Assembly (NCBI GenBank): GCA_951804945.1
Contig: OX638152.1
Span: 104,284,001-104,348,000 of the forward strand
Source: Podarcis cretensis
Taxonomy: Eukaryota
DNA length: 64,000 nt
Direction: 5' to 3'
The position numbers and the translations under genes are program-made. The first letter of the stretch is position 1. Each line of letters opens with the position of its first letter. The notes below the pieces were generated by a model. It did no database searches and was not told the DNA's origin. It was given only the letters and a program-made list of their open reading frames with translations. Of the stretch, positions 1 to 11,295 are shown one piece after another.

Positions 1-169
1 AGCAGAGGGCTAAAAGAGCTAGGATGGGCTGTGGTCAAATATACACAAGGTAGCAAAGCCAGTTTTTGCTGTGTAATACACAATATGGCCCTGGCATGCT
101 TTTGAGCCAGCCAGATTCATGTATAGGAAGACTCTGGCTACTGTGTTCGTTCTGCTCCTAATGGCATAC

Positions 170-580
170 GGTTGTCCTTTATATTCCGCTCAGATCTTCT
201 TTGCAGCCATATAAGCCTATTAGTTTTTGTTCTGTTCTCATTCACTAATGAGAATAATTGGTCTCTATCCTCCTCCTTTCAGGCAACCTTCTGTGAATTT
301 GTAGATGGGTCACGTCTCCTTTCAGTCCTCTTGTTTCTAGACGGAACATGTTTAAATCACTTGCCCTTTCCTCACAGATCCTATTTTCCCAAACGTTTTA
401 TCATTTTTTCCTTGCTGTCCTCTGAACTCACTCCAATTTGTCTGTCCTCTCAAACATATTTTGCTCCCCCCCCCAATGAATGTAGTAATCCAGCTGAGGC
501 CTAATCAGTGTCAAAAAGAGCAAAATAATTACCTCGCTTGTTTTGCATGCTGTACTCCTGTTAATACTTCTCAGTGTAAT
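170..580 (-). mobile_element. Old CR1-like LINE fragment (ORF2 3' region), degraded
   Basis: Resembles the reverse complement of the CR1 ORF2 C-terminal region (ctcctttcagtcctcttgtttctagac..., tgtagtaatccagctgaggcctaatcagtg); no intact ORF; boundaries approximate. Confidence 0.45.
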
Positions 581-947
581 ATTTTATGGTTTTATACACA
601 GTGCAGCCTTACTGAATTGTAATCTGTTGTGTTGTTTGCTAAATCCTACTCTCTGTGGCATTAGTCACTTGGCATTACAATGTTATTCCCTCACCCCCGA
701 AGCCTAAACTGCTGTGTACAATATCTTGTCTACTCAGCATCCTTCCGTTTTATGAGGAAGATTTCTTTAATCAGATAAAAGTGTTTGAAAATGAGCACTA
801 AAAACTTTCATGTACATCTGAGAGAAATTATGCGGCTTAAATAAACCAGACAAATTAGGCAAACCCATTTATGGCATAATTCTCATGTAGCTGCAGCTGC
901 CTGCAGAGGGAGAAGATCAGCATAAGACTCAATAGGGCCCCCAAACT

Positions 948-987
948 CCTCCCTCCCTCCCTCCCTCCCTCCCTCCGTCCCTCCCTC
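948..987. repeat. (CCCT)n microsatellite
   Basis: Visible tandem CCCT. Confidence 0.9.
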
Positions 988-1603
988 CGTGCAGGTGCAA
1001 TTCATTAGGTATGGCAGGTACATGCTTTGATATGCAGCTACTGCTACTACTACAATCTATGTATATGGAGCTTTCCAGAAAGGTTTAAGATGCCCCCTAT
1101 TGCAAGGGATTTGTAATCTGTAATTCAACATAGGGCAAACAACTTAGTTGGGTTAAAGGGTAGTTGGGGCCACGGGAGGGATGGGGAACTACTACCCCAT
1201 GGGCTGGATGAAGGCTCTGTGGCCGCCCCATCCAATCTGCAGCATCTCATCCACACCCCTCACAGAAATGGGGCTGGGGGAAAACCCTCTATCAGATCAT
1301 AGGCAATGTTTTTTCAAGTCTAATTATTGTAAAGGGGGCTTTTATTTTGGTGGGGGAGGGTTTGCAGCGCATCCTCCCCATCGCATGCACTGTGACTCCT
1401 GCACCACAATTAGACTGGTTGTGGTGATGGAGGAGAACTCCTGTTGCAGCTAATAGAATTCTGCTAACAACTTGGCTGAGCTGTCCTTGTTGAATTAATA
1501 TGGGGATGGAGACAGTTGTCCACTCAATTTTGCACTTATTATGTGTATATTGAGATAAAATGCATTTCAAAAGTGAACTTTCATCAAGATTCTAATGCAC
1601 ATA

Positions 1604-1976
1604 AAAAGGTAAAGGTAAAGGTACCCCTGCCCATACGGGCCAGTCTTGACAGACTCTGGGATTGTGCGCCCATCTCACTTAAGAGGCCAGGGGCCAGCGC
1701 TGTCCGGAGACACTTCCGGGTCACGTGGCCAGCGTGACATCGCTGCTCTGGCCAGAGCCAGAGCCAGAGCCGCACACGGAAACGCCGTTTACCTTCCCGC
1801 TAGTAAGCGGTCCCTATTTATCTACTTGCACCCAGAGGTGCTTTCGAACTGCTAGGTTGGCAGGTGCTGGGACCGAGCAGCGGGAGCGCACCCCGCCGCA
1901 GGGATTCGAACCGCCGACCTTTCGATCAGCAAGCCCTAGGCGCTGAGGCTTTAACCCACAGCGCCACCTGCGTCCC
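1604..1976 (-). mobile_element. Sauria SINE, near full length
   Basis: (AAAGGT)n tail at left; tRNA-derived head at right (gggattcgaacc B-box complement, ending cgccacctgcgtccc); 8-bp TSD TGCACATA at 1596-1603 and 1980-1987; internal GCCAGA expansion at about 1751-1771. Confidence 0.92.
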
Positions 1977-2039
1977 TGTTGCACATATTAACATGCAAAT
2001 ATTATAGACCAGAAGTATACAAATATAAAGGTGACATAT

Positions 2040-2150
2040 ACCAAAAATATTGATTTGCTTGTCCTTAGTCCAAGGCCATGGTGGGTTTTGAAGGTAAGTA
2101 CTAAAAGCTTGTGCAGGATCTGTGAGTGGACAGAATGTCTTCCTTTGCCA
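2040..2150 (-). mobile_element. L2 LINE fragment
   Basis: Minus frame reads ...KLLVLTFKTHHGLG..., matching the L2 ORF2 C-terminal KxLxLTFKALHGLGP motif. Confidence 0.5.
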
Positions 2151-2354
2151 GGATTCAAATTTCCAGTAATGGTCTGACTTGCTACACTGTGGGTATTAAT
2201 GGGTGTGCATACGTAAAGAGAATGAGGACGAGAAAATGAGCTCTGTTGAGCTCCAAGGCAATCATTCTCTGTGTGTGCAGTAGATTGTGCCCCAAATGCA
2301 CATGATTGTGAAACAGGATTCATACATCCAGTTACAGATAGGTAGCCGTGTTGG

Positions 2355-2948
2355 GCTCCATGATCACTGCAGATGGTGACAGTAGCCACGAAATTAAAAG
2401 ACGCCTGCTTCTTGGGAGAAGGGCAATGACAGGCCTAGACAGCATCTTGAGAAGTAGAGACATCACCTTGCCAACAAAGGTCCGTATAGTTAAAGCTATG
2501 GTTTTCCCAGTAGTGATGTATGGAAGTGAGAGCTGGACCATAAAGAAGGCTGATCGCCGAAGAATTGATGCTTTTGAATTATGGTGCTGGAGGAGACTCT
2601 TGAGAGTCCCATGGACTGCAAGAAGATCAAACCTCTCCATTCTGAAGGAAATCAGCCCTGAGTGCTCACTGGAAGGACAGATTGTGAAGCTGAGGCTCCA
2701 GTACTTTGGCCACCTCATGAGAAGAGAAGACTCCCTGGAGAAGACCCTGATGCTGGGAAAGATGGAGGGCACAAGGAGAAGGGGACGACAGAGGACGAGA
2801 TGGTTGGACAGTGTTTTCGAGGTTACCAGCATGAGTCTGACCAAGCTGCGGGGGGCAGTGGAGGACAGGAGTGCCTGGCGTTCTCTGGTCCATGGGGTCA
2901 CGAAGAGTCGGACACGACTAAACGACTAAACAACAACAACAACAACAA
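2355..2948 (+). mobile_element. BovB (RTE clade) LINE, 5'-truncated; ORF C-terminus open to stop at 2927-2929
   Basis: Translation GSMITADGDSSHEIKRRLLLGR...YGSESWTIKKADRRRIDAFELWCWRRLLRVPW...VHGVTKSRTRLND is the BovB C-terminus; (CAA)n tail; 11-bp TSD AGCCGTGTTGG (2344-2354, 2949-2959). Confidence 0.96.
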
Positions 2949-3031
2949 AGCCGTGTTGGTCTGCCATAGTCAAAACAAAATAAAAAAATTCCTTCCAGTA
3001 GCACCTTAAAGACCAACTAAGTTAGTTCTAG

Positions 3032-3069
3032 GTATGAGCTTTCGTGTGCATGCACACTTCTTCAGATAC
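3032..3069 (-). ncRNA. Minimal type I hammerhead ribozyme motif (PLE pLTR, inverted arm)
   Basis: Reverse complement GTAT-CTGAAGA-AGTGTGCATGCACAC-GAAA-GCTC-ATAC: conserved CUGANGA/GAAA core, helix II hairpin, helix I GUAU/AUAC. Confidence 0.85.
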
Positions 3070-3405
3070 ACTGAAACAGAAGTCACCAGACCCTTCTATA
3101 TAGTGAGAAGGTGGGGAGGGGTATTACTCAGAAGGGTGGTGGGAATGGGTGATTGGCAGATAGCTGTGATGAGCCTGTTGACGACTCTTAACGACTGCAA
3201 TAGGTCTTACAGGAAAAAGCAAGGGGTGAGAAGGTGAAAAATGGCTTTGTCATGTATAATGAGATAAGAATCCAATGTCTTTGTTCAGACCAGGTCTCTC
3301 CATGGTTTTAAGTTTGGTAATAAGTTGCAATTCAGCAGCTTCTCTTTCCAGTCTATTTCTGAAATTCCTTTGTAATAGAACAGCTACTTTGAGATCTTGT
3401 ATAGA

Positions 3406-4095
3406 CTGATACCCAGAGAGAACTTGCTGCAAGACAGACCCAAAAAAGAAAATAACAGAACACCTCTAGTCATCACATACAGCTCCCAAGTTAAAACAGT
3501 ACAACGCATCATCAGAGATCTACAACCTCTCCTGGACAGTGACAGTTCGCTTTCTCAAGCTCTGGGAGGAAGACCTTTCATTGCCTACAGACAGCCACCC
3601 AATCTTAAACAACTCCTAACCCACAATAATACTACTACCAGACTTAACACGGACACTGGCACCAGAGCCTGCAATAAACCCAGATGCCAACTTTGCTGCC
3701 ACATACACCCGGACAACACCATTACTGGCCCCAACAACATCACACATACCATCTCGGGACTATTTAATTGCTCATCGTCTAACATTGTGTATGCCATCAA
3801 ATGCCAACAGTGTCCTTCAGCTCTCTATATTGGACAAACAGGCCAAACCTTACGCCAAAGGATAAACGGACATAAATCTGACATCAGGAATCACAAGACA
3901 GAGAAACCAGTAGGAGAACACTTCAATCTCCCAGGACATTCTATACAAGATCTCAAAGTAGCTGTTCTATTACAAAGGAATTTCAGAAATAGACTGGAAA
4001 GAGCTGCTGCTGAATTGCAACTTATTACCAAACTTAAAACCATGGAGAGACCTGGTCTTAACAAAGACATTGGATTCTTATCTCATTATACATGA
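3406..4095 (+). pseudogene. Penelope-like ORF C-terminal part: RT thumb/linker, Cys-rich linker and GIY-YIG endonuclease (5'-truncated)
   Basis: Uninterrupted frame containing CNKPRCQLC, NIVYAIKCQQCPSALYIGQTGQTLRQRINGHKSDI, KPVGEHF and ELQLITKLKT..GLN; the Cys-rich linker is typical of Neptune-type PLEs; the 5' end is the inversion junction, not a true start. Confidence 0.9.
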
Positions 4096-4275
4096 CAAAG
4101 CCATTTTTCACCTTCTCACCCCTTGCTTTTTCCTGTAAGACCTATTGCAGTCGTTAAGAGTCGTCAACAGGCTCATCACAGCTATCTGCCAATCACCCAT
4201 TCCCACCACCCTTCTGAGTAATACCCCTCCCCACCTTCTCACTATATAGAAGGGTCTGGTGACTTCTGTTTCAGT

Positions 4276-4313
4276 GTATCTGAAGAAGTGTGCATGCACA
4301 CGAAAGCTCATAC
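4276..4313 (+). ncRNA. Minimal type I hammerhead ribozyme motif (PLE pLTR)
   Basis: GTAT CTGAAGA AGTGTGCATGCACAC GAAA GCTC ATAC. Confidence 0.85.
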
Positions 4314-4488
4314 CTAGAACTAACTTAGTTGGTCTTTAAGGTGCTACTGGAAGGATTTTTTTTATTTTGTTAGGATTCATACATGTGTGTATAATTCAGA
4401 AACCTGCTTAAATTTGGTCATAAGGCTTCAGACACAGCACACGGCCTCAGTGGTGTAGCGTAGGTTGCCAGCGTTGGGGGCAAGGGAA

Positions 4489-4532
4489 GTATTGTGTAAC
4501 CTCATGGACTGTATTGTATAACCTCATGGACT
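4489..4532. repeat. 22-bp tandem duplication
   Basis: GTATTGTGTAACCTCATGGACT / GTATTGTATAACCTCATGGACT. Confidence 0.85.
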
Positions 4533-4863
4533 GTTAGCACTCCCTGACTCCCTTCTTCCAGTCCAGTATTGAACCCCTTACCTCCCAAGCACATGTGTGG
4601 TATTTTAAGAAAATACTGATGTCATTAAAGTAAAATGCATTTAAGGACATTTAAAATGTCCTTCCACACAGCCCTACCTCATTGCTGCCCTTCCTCTGCA
4701 CTACCCCAGGAACTGCTGTTGGGAGGGTGGGGGCACAGTGTTGCCCCACTGTGCTCCTGAAAAACCACTTAGGGCATAGATGTATTTGTAGACAATGCAA
4801 TAAATAGATAAATAGACTAGTTGTGCTTCCTTGCTGTGCTTCCTTGCTATTTTCATTAGCATA

Positions 4864-5104
4864 CAGTGGTACCTTGAGTTACAAACGCCTCAGGTTACAA
4901 ACACTTCAGGTTACAAACTCCGCTAACCTGGAAGAGTTACCTTAAGTTGAGAACTTTGCCCCAGGATGAGAATGGAAATCGTGTGCCGGCGGCGCAGCGG
5001 CAGCAAGAGGCCCCATTAGCGAAAGCACACCTCTAGTTAAGAATAGTTTCAGGTTAAGAACAGACCTCCGGAATGAATTAAGTTCGTAACTAGAGGTACT
5101 ACTG
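4864..5104 (+). mobile_element. Tc1/mariner (Tigger/pogo-like) MITE
   Basis: TIRs CAGTGGTACCT...AGGTACTACTG flanked by TA; same family as 19664 and 54498. Confidence 0.85.
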
Positions 5105-5459
5105 TACTAGGAAACCTAAGTTGTGCAATTATAGTTGACAGGGATGTCTTGCACTTCCCCAAAGATCAGACTTTCTGAAACAGGGAACATGCCAGGAAAA
5201 TGCACTGGAAAGTATGTGATAGCCCTACCTTTGACATGTCACCTCTCTGAAAACAAATCAGAATGAATGCTCATTAAAAAGCCAATGCCCTTTAATCTCC
5301 CTGCAAACAAATTAAGATGGATGCTCAATAAACAGGTTGTCTGGAGGCCTATAATTCTGGTGCCAGCTCCACCTTTTACTTGAGGTAAAAAAAAATGAAG
5401 GCTTTACTTTTACGCCCACTTGCACAGGAGTAAACATCAAAACCAATGGGACTTAGACC

Positions 5460-5900
5460 TCATCAAAACGAAGATGATCAAGGGTCTGGAAACCAAGCCT
5501 TGTGAGGAATGTTTGAAGGAGCTGGGTATGTTTAGCCTGAATAAGAAGAGACTGAGAGGAGATATGATAGCCATCTTCAAATATCTCAAGGGCCGTCACA
5601 TGGAGGAAGGAGCAAGCTTGTTTTCTCCTGCTCTGGAGGGCAGGACCAGAACCAATGGATTCAAGTTACAAGAAAGGAGATTCTGACTAAATATCAGGAA
5701 GAACTTTATAGCAGTAAAAGCCTTTTGACAGTGGAACGGTTTCCCTCTGGAAGTTGTGGACTCTCCTTCCTTGGAGGTTTTCAAGCAGAGGTTGGATGGC
5801 TGTCAGTCATGGATACTTCATCTGAGATACCTGCATTGCAGGGGTTGGACTAGAGGACTCTCAGGGTCTCTTCCAACTCTACCATTCTATGATTCTATGA
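5460..5900 (+). mobile_element. CR1 LINE 3' end
   Basis: TKMIKGLE..[13 protein letters not shown].[17 protein letters not shown]...[14 protein letters not shown]; (ATTCTATG)n tail at about 5884-5900. Confidence 0.92.
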
Positions 5901-8900
5901 CAATTTTGCCTGTGCTTCAGCTATTGATATTCCCCCTCCCTCCACCCTGTTCAGGATGCGACAAGGCGTGACTGTGAGAAGGATGGTTCTGCTGGCAGCA
6001 TGTCAGCTCCTTCCTACAACCCTGGACCAGCTGCTTCCCAAGGTTTCATCGCATGAAGACAGACAACCCAGGGTGGTGGATGCAGGTTGAGGGGTGGGGT
6101 TAAGCAGATATGCTTTTAAAAAGTAGAATAAAGGGGCATGGTTGTACTACTTTTCGGTCTAATTTCTAGGGTGTTTACCCAATGGTCTGTCTGCCAAGAG
6201 AGCACAGTTCTTGGCTGGTTTTTGCAAAAGAGGTCTGAGCAGCCACTTTTCAGTTGCCAGCAGGCTTGACTATTCAGGTGGCAGGGGGCATAGATGTGGC
6301 CACAAAGAGAAGCAGAAGTAGCTCCCTGACTAGTTTCTGGCAAGTAGATGTAAGCATTCCAGTCTGGGAGCATCATTTCAGCTGCCAAGCTGTCCTCCCC
6401 ACAGAGGAGAAAACCTAAACGACACTTCATATTCCCAGTTAAAGAACCACTACCCCATACAAGAGGGAGAGCAGAACAGCTCCCCTGACCGGCTTTGGGA
6501 CTTCCGTGCATACAACCCTTCCCCTTTCACTGTCCCCACAGCTGGGAGGTGATGGCAAGAAGTCAGAGTATCAAGGCAGGCACCCCATGGTGCATTCAGC
6601 AAGCCAGCATCCCTTCTCACTCCTCGCTGAGGACCGCAAGTGGTGCAGAGCAGGCTCCGGGCACGCAGGTGGTGAGAGAAGGAGTTCAAGGGGCCAGCAG
6701 GGCATGGATGGATGCGCTCCCACCGCTTCCATGGGCAAGCAAGCAAGCCGGCTGTGCTGCTCACAGGCTCTGGGTGGCGTCTCCCCTCACTCAGCGGCCA
6801 GATCTGCTCCAGGAGAGCCAGTGAAGAGATGGCTCTGGCAGTTTGGGGGTGGGGACACCTCCAGGATGTCTTCCCCTCCCAGATAAGAAGTTTGGGATGA
6901 ATACGTTGGCCTAATACCATTTCATTTACACCGAGTTAAAAGATATAGCTATAGTTGTTCTGTCCTCCATCCATCCATCCATCATCGAGCTGTTCAGTAC
7001 TATTTCCTTTTTTTCAATAGGAACTCTAAAAAAGTATTCTTCTGGGACACACAATATTGTAATACAGACCTTCCAAGTAAGTGTGCATACCTGTTTCGTT
7101 ATGTTTTAAAAAGTTTTGTTAAAACTTCTGTTGTGTTTTGTGACTTTGGGATTATAGAGTGATCATTATCCTGGCACCAAACCTGCAAATCCACAACAGA
7201 GATGACTCGAAGGAAGGTGCTTGTTACTGCTACTCAGATGGAAACAATATGAATTAATAGTCTTCCTGCTGACAGTTGGCATAAAATGATTTACAATGTT
7301 CAGCATGGAGCCGAATTTTCATCATTTAGGTGTACTACTTCCTTATAGATTATAATTTAGCATAATGATGTGATTATCTGTCTAAAGTACAAAAGGGCTT
7401 GTTGTCAGCTGAGGATGTAAAGTACCTATTTTCAGTGCCTGGAAGCAATCCTTTGAGTTTATTTCCCCCAGTTCTAGCATGCTGGTTCAACACAGGCAAA
7501 CCCAGTGCTTGTGACTAATCTTATTTTCCTTTGTTCAAGAAAAACTTCAATCCTGATTGGTTCCTAATCACACTGCCCTTTAACACAGCCTGCATTGTAT
7601 GTCAGAGTAAAGGGAGCTGCTAAAAAAACAAGGAGGAAATGTTGTGATAAATGTAAAGCAGTTATAGCCTCTGTCACACATTTATTCAGGTTTTGTTTTA
7701 AAGTTTTGTTCAGATTACTACCTGGAGTGTGCCTAGTCAAGCACTGACAATATTATGAATGTTATTTTCTAGCAATTGAATGAGTGAAATTCTTGGTTTT
7801 CTGGGATAAATTGGATATATTCACCTAGAAAATATAAGGAAGATGAAGTGTTTATGTGTGTGTCTTTTCCATCCCTGTAATGGGACAGCCTCCGGGCTCC
7901 TAAAAAGCCACTCTGGAAAGTCAACAGGTTCTACAGAACACTATATCATGTGGCTTGTGAGGTGGCAGCTGGTGTGAGAGAGACATCCATAGAAACTGGA
8001 TTCCCTCTTGTTGCAAAATGCAAGTGCATTCTTCTCACAAGCGGCTTTGAGGATCCAATATGTTGAAAACAGTTGAGCTGAATATGAATAAAATACAAAT
8101 GAAACAATTGAGTTCAATATGTGCAAGATTCTGGGCCAAATTAGTTGTGACGTTACATTTATGAATGCATTGAATGAGTCTATTTTGGAAGGGGTGGTGG
8201 TGGATATGTGCAGGATTTAACCATTTCGCTTTATGCCAAAAGTTATTCCCCTGAAACTGCTGTTCACCCTGGGAGGAAGGGAGCCAATCTCCTTTCTCAT
8301 GCCTATAATGAAAGATGTCAGGGGGGCATTCCTTATGAAGGATGGTGACTTTGGTAAAAACTTCATAAAACCTTGGATAATTGCATAATTAATTACTACT
8401 TTTTATAATAACTTAAGGGTAATTAGGTATGTTTTTTTATGATCCCCCTCCCCCGCAGTTGTAGCACCTCATTAAAAATGCTTTGAAGATACTTGATACC
8501 TCCTTGAAAATATCTCTCATACAGAAGAGAAAATAACCAATGGGATGCAAAGCGTTATTGGAGAGAGGAATGGTGGGTGGACTTGGAGAGGGGGGCAAAT
8601 AGGCCGGGCTTTGGTGGACAGAACTTTTGGTATGAACAGTTCAAGAATACAAGCCGACAATGCTGTCTACCCACCCTCACCTTTTTGTAGATGTGGTGAA
8701 CATGATGGGTGTTAAAATAGTTTACATATCTTTTCTAAAATCCTAAATACCATGTGATGGTAATGGATTAGATTTGAAAGCCAGCATTTACACTGTAGAT
8801 TTTAAATTCTAAAGTGGAGTGCTAGGTTATTTGTTAGCTGCTCTTTTCTGTGGCATATATAAAAGCACTTACCTTGTTTGTGTTTAATTACTGGCACATA

Positions 8901-9725
8901 GGACTGTTCCACTTTGCACATGGCAACAGACATGGATTTGGTACCAGGTGTACACTGGAGTGGCTTCTACAGTCATTCTTGCTTTTCTTATGCATGTCCC
9001 GGTAAAACATGCAAACTTCCAAATGGGTCTCATTGGTGTGTTATACATGTAAGTGTATTCTTAAATCTTAACTGATCCATCAATAGCAATGTGTGTGTGA
9101 AGTAGCCCTCAGTTCCTTCACACAACTTTCGTCTTATTTGCTTTTTACACCTCTTATCAGCCATGTAGTTGTCTTTGCCTGAGTCCGTTCTCAAAATGAG
9201 ATCTAGTGTGTCCCAAACAGAGAGGGGCTATCATTTCCCAAAACTTGATTATACTGACATTTGTCAATGCAACTTAAAATGATTCTTATTCCTCTTCTGC
9301 CTTCCTTGGGGCTGCTATGAATGGAATGCAAAAGCTAGCAAGCCTGGGCCAGAGGGCACATAACTATCAGCTCTTGAAGTGGGCCTGAAAATACTTTGGA
9401 CCATTTGTTTGTGTTAATATGACAGGAAGGCTTTACTAAAATACATTAAGTAAATATTAGTATATAATAAGATTGTAAGAATGTCAACACACTTCAGTTT
9501 CTGTGGCTGCCCAAAGATGGCCACACACATTCTAACACGACAACAGAACAGCAGGCAGGCGGCTTGGGCAGGCAGAGGAGGCCCAGGCAAGTGGTGCAGG
9601 GGATGGCCAGTCCAGTTGGGTCTCAGAGAAACAGCCACCTCATGCCAACGCTGCCATTTCAGTCTCAGGCCAAGGAGGAAAAGTGGTAGCAGCTCTGGAC
9701 GGCTGCTCTGAGGAGCTCCCCCAGC

Positions 9726-9771
9726 ATGTCCTGCCTGCTCCTCTTTCTTGGGCTGCTCTTCGGCCAAGCAG
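9726..9771 (+). CDS. Candidate signal-peptide coding exon (MSCLLLFLGLLFGQA, phase-1 donor) of an unidentified secreted or membrane protein gene
   Basis: ATG with A at -3; in-frame upstream stop (9687-9689); hydrophobic 15 aa; strong donor CAG|GTGAGT at 9771/9772; possible acceptor catttcag at 9662; no downstream exon recognised. Confidence 0.35.
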
Positions 9772-9809
9772 GTGAGTGAGGAGGAAGGAACTGGAGGTGG
9801 ATGCAGCTG

Positions 9810-9811
9810 GG

Positions 9812-9843
<32 letters not shown>
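9810..9843. repeat. (GGCA)n microsatellite
   Basis: Visible tandem. Confidence 0.9.
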
Positions 9844-9844
<1 letters not shown>

Positions 9845-9992
9845 TTTTCAAGCCTTCCTACGGTCCCTCTGCCACTCTGCTCTCCTCCACGCTGCTGCCA
9901 CAGCCATGGCTGCTGCTTTGGGAAGGAGAGAAAAAGTTGACATTTTGAAACACAGACTTCTTTCTCCCCTCCTCACTGCAATAGCCTCCCAA

Positions 9993-9997
<5 letters not shown>

Positions 9998-10051
<54 letters not shown>
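9998..10051. repeat. (CT)n microsatellite
   Basis: Visible tandem. Confidence 0.95.
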
Positions 10052-10054
<3 letters not shown>

Positions 10055-11144
10055 CTTGGCATGTGTGTGAGTGCAAAGAGATGGTGAAGGGGATAAGGAG
10101 TTTCTCTCCTTCATTCCCCTCTCCCCTGTCAGTGGTGTAACTGGAGGTGGAGTTTGGGGTTGGCAAGGTGCAAAGGGAGGCGTGATTTGGGGTCAGCTCT
10201 GATGGGAGGGGGGTTTGGGGTGCTGTAAAGGGAGAGGGAGGAGTTTTCATCAGGTGTAAAGGGAGGGGGCTGCAAAGGTATGGCAGTTTGGCGGGGGTGA
10301 TGCCCCTGGCAATGCAACTGAGTGATAGTCCACAAACTGACCCCTCACGTCACAGGTAACTTGGTTCCAGTACAGAGAGAAATTGCCTTGTATCCCGGTG
10401 AAATACTTGAGCCTAGGCTCTGAGCACATGATCTGGTTCCAGGCCATCTTATAGCAAAGCCTGGCTCAGTTTTACTATTGAGAACTGGGTGTCTGCATAC
10501 CTGGTGATCAAGATCCAGGCTCTAGGTCCATCAGTTTATATTCATGAAGAACAGTATGCAGCATGTGCTCTCAACATACTTCTTTGTGTACTGCAATGCA
10601 GGTGTTGTATTCTTTTAAAAACAAGGTGCTGTGTCTCCTTTTCTTCTCTCTGTAATTTACAAGGCAAGTTAAACTCTGGGCCTGTTTAATGGACCTAATA
10701 GCAGACTTTCAAAGCCAACAACTGAATCAACTACAAAGCCATGCATTTGCAGACAAGCTTGATGATTTACAAAATTTAATAAGCTTCTTCCTTACGGCTT
10801 TCTCCCCAAAGATGCTGTTCCTGTAACTGCTGCCAAGAATGCTGTCAGAGGTGCACAGACTATTGCTATAATGAAAATTTTGTGGAAAAATGCATAAACA
10901 ATCTCTAGTACTTGCTAATTCATTAACAGTGACTATATTCTGCACTATGTAATGCATAGAATTGCCTACAGACACCTTATAGATAGGAGCAAGAACCCAA
11001 GGATTGTCTGACTATCCACTTTTGATAAATGCACTTACTGTTCAACTATAGAATTGTGCACAGAACAGTAGGCAAAGAGAGAAAGAAACATTTTCAAAGA
11101 GGAAGAAAAGTGAAATAGATAGCAAAAAAGAGTAAAATGGGAAA

Positions 11145-11295
11145 CAAAATAAAAAAATTCCTTCCAGTAGCACCTTAAAGACCAACTAAGTTAGTTCTAG
11201 GTATGAGCTTTCGTGTGCATGCACACTTCTTCAGATACCATTTTTTTATTTTGTTTTGACTATGGCAGACCAACACGGCTACCTATCTATAACTG
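11145..11295. mobile_element. Mini Penelope-like insertion (inverted arm with hammerhead, plus terminal tail)
   Basis: Near-identical to the pLTR end of 2328-4371; 13-bp TSD GTAAAATGGGAAA (11132-11144, 11296-11308). Confidence 0.9.
11201..11238 (-). ncRNA. Minimal hammerhead ribozyme motif
   Basis: Identical to 3032-3069. Confidence 0.82.

Larger units (their letters stand above)
2328..4371. mobile_element. Penelope-like element (Neptune type), 5'-truncated with inverted pseudo-LTR; interrupted by BovB
   Basis: 13-bp TSD AGGATTCATACAT (2315-2327, 4372-4384); 432-bp inverted arms 2974-3405 and 3940-4371; GIY-YIG ORF remnant; hammerhead motif in each arm. Confidence 0.93.

Noticed and set aside
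2332-2901. 189-aa minus-strand ORF
   Set aside because: Antisense shadow of the BovB ORF
3034-3237. Identical 67-aa ORFs at 3034-3237(+) and 4108-4311(-)
   Set aside because: By-product of the PLE inverted repeat, antisense to the 3' UTR; no coding signature
9801-10250. ORFs with SLSLSL/ERERER runs (also 25705-26644)
   Set aside because: Translations of microsatellites
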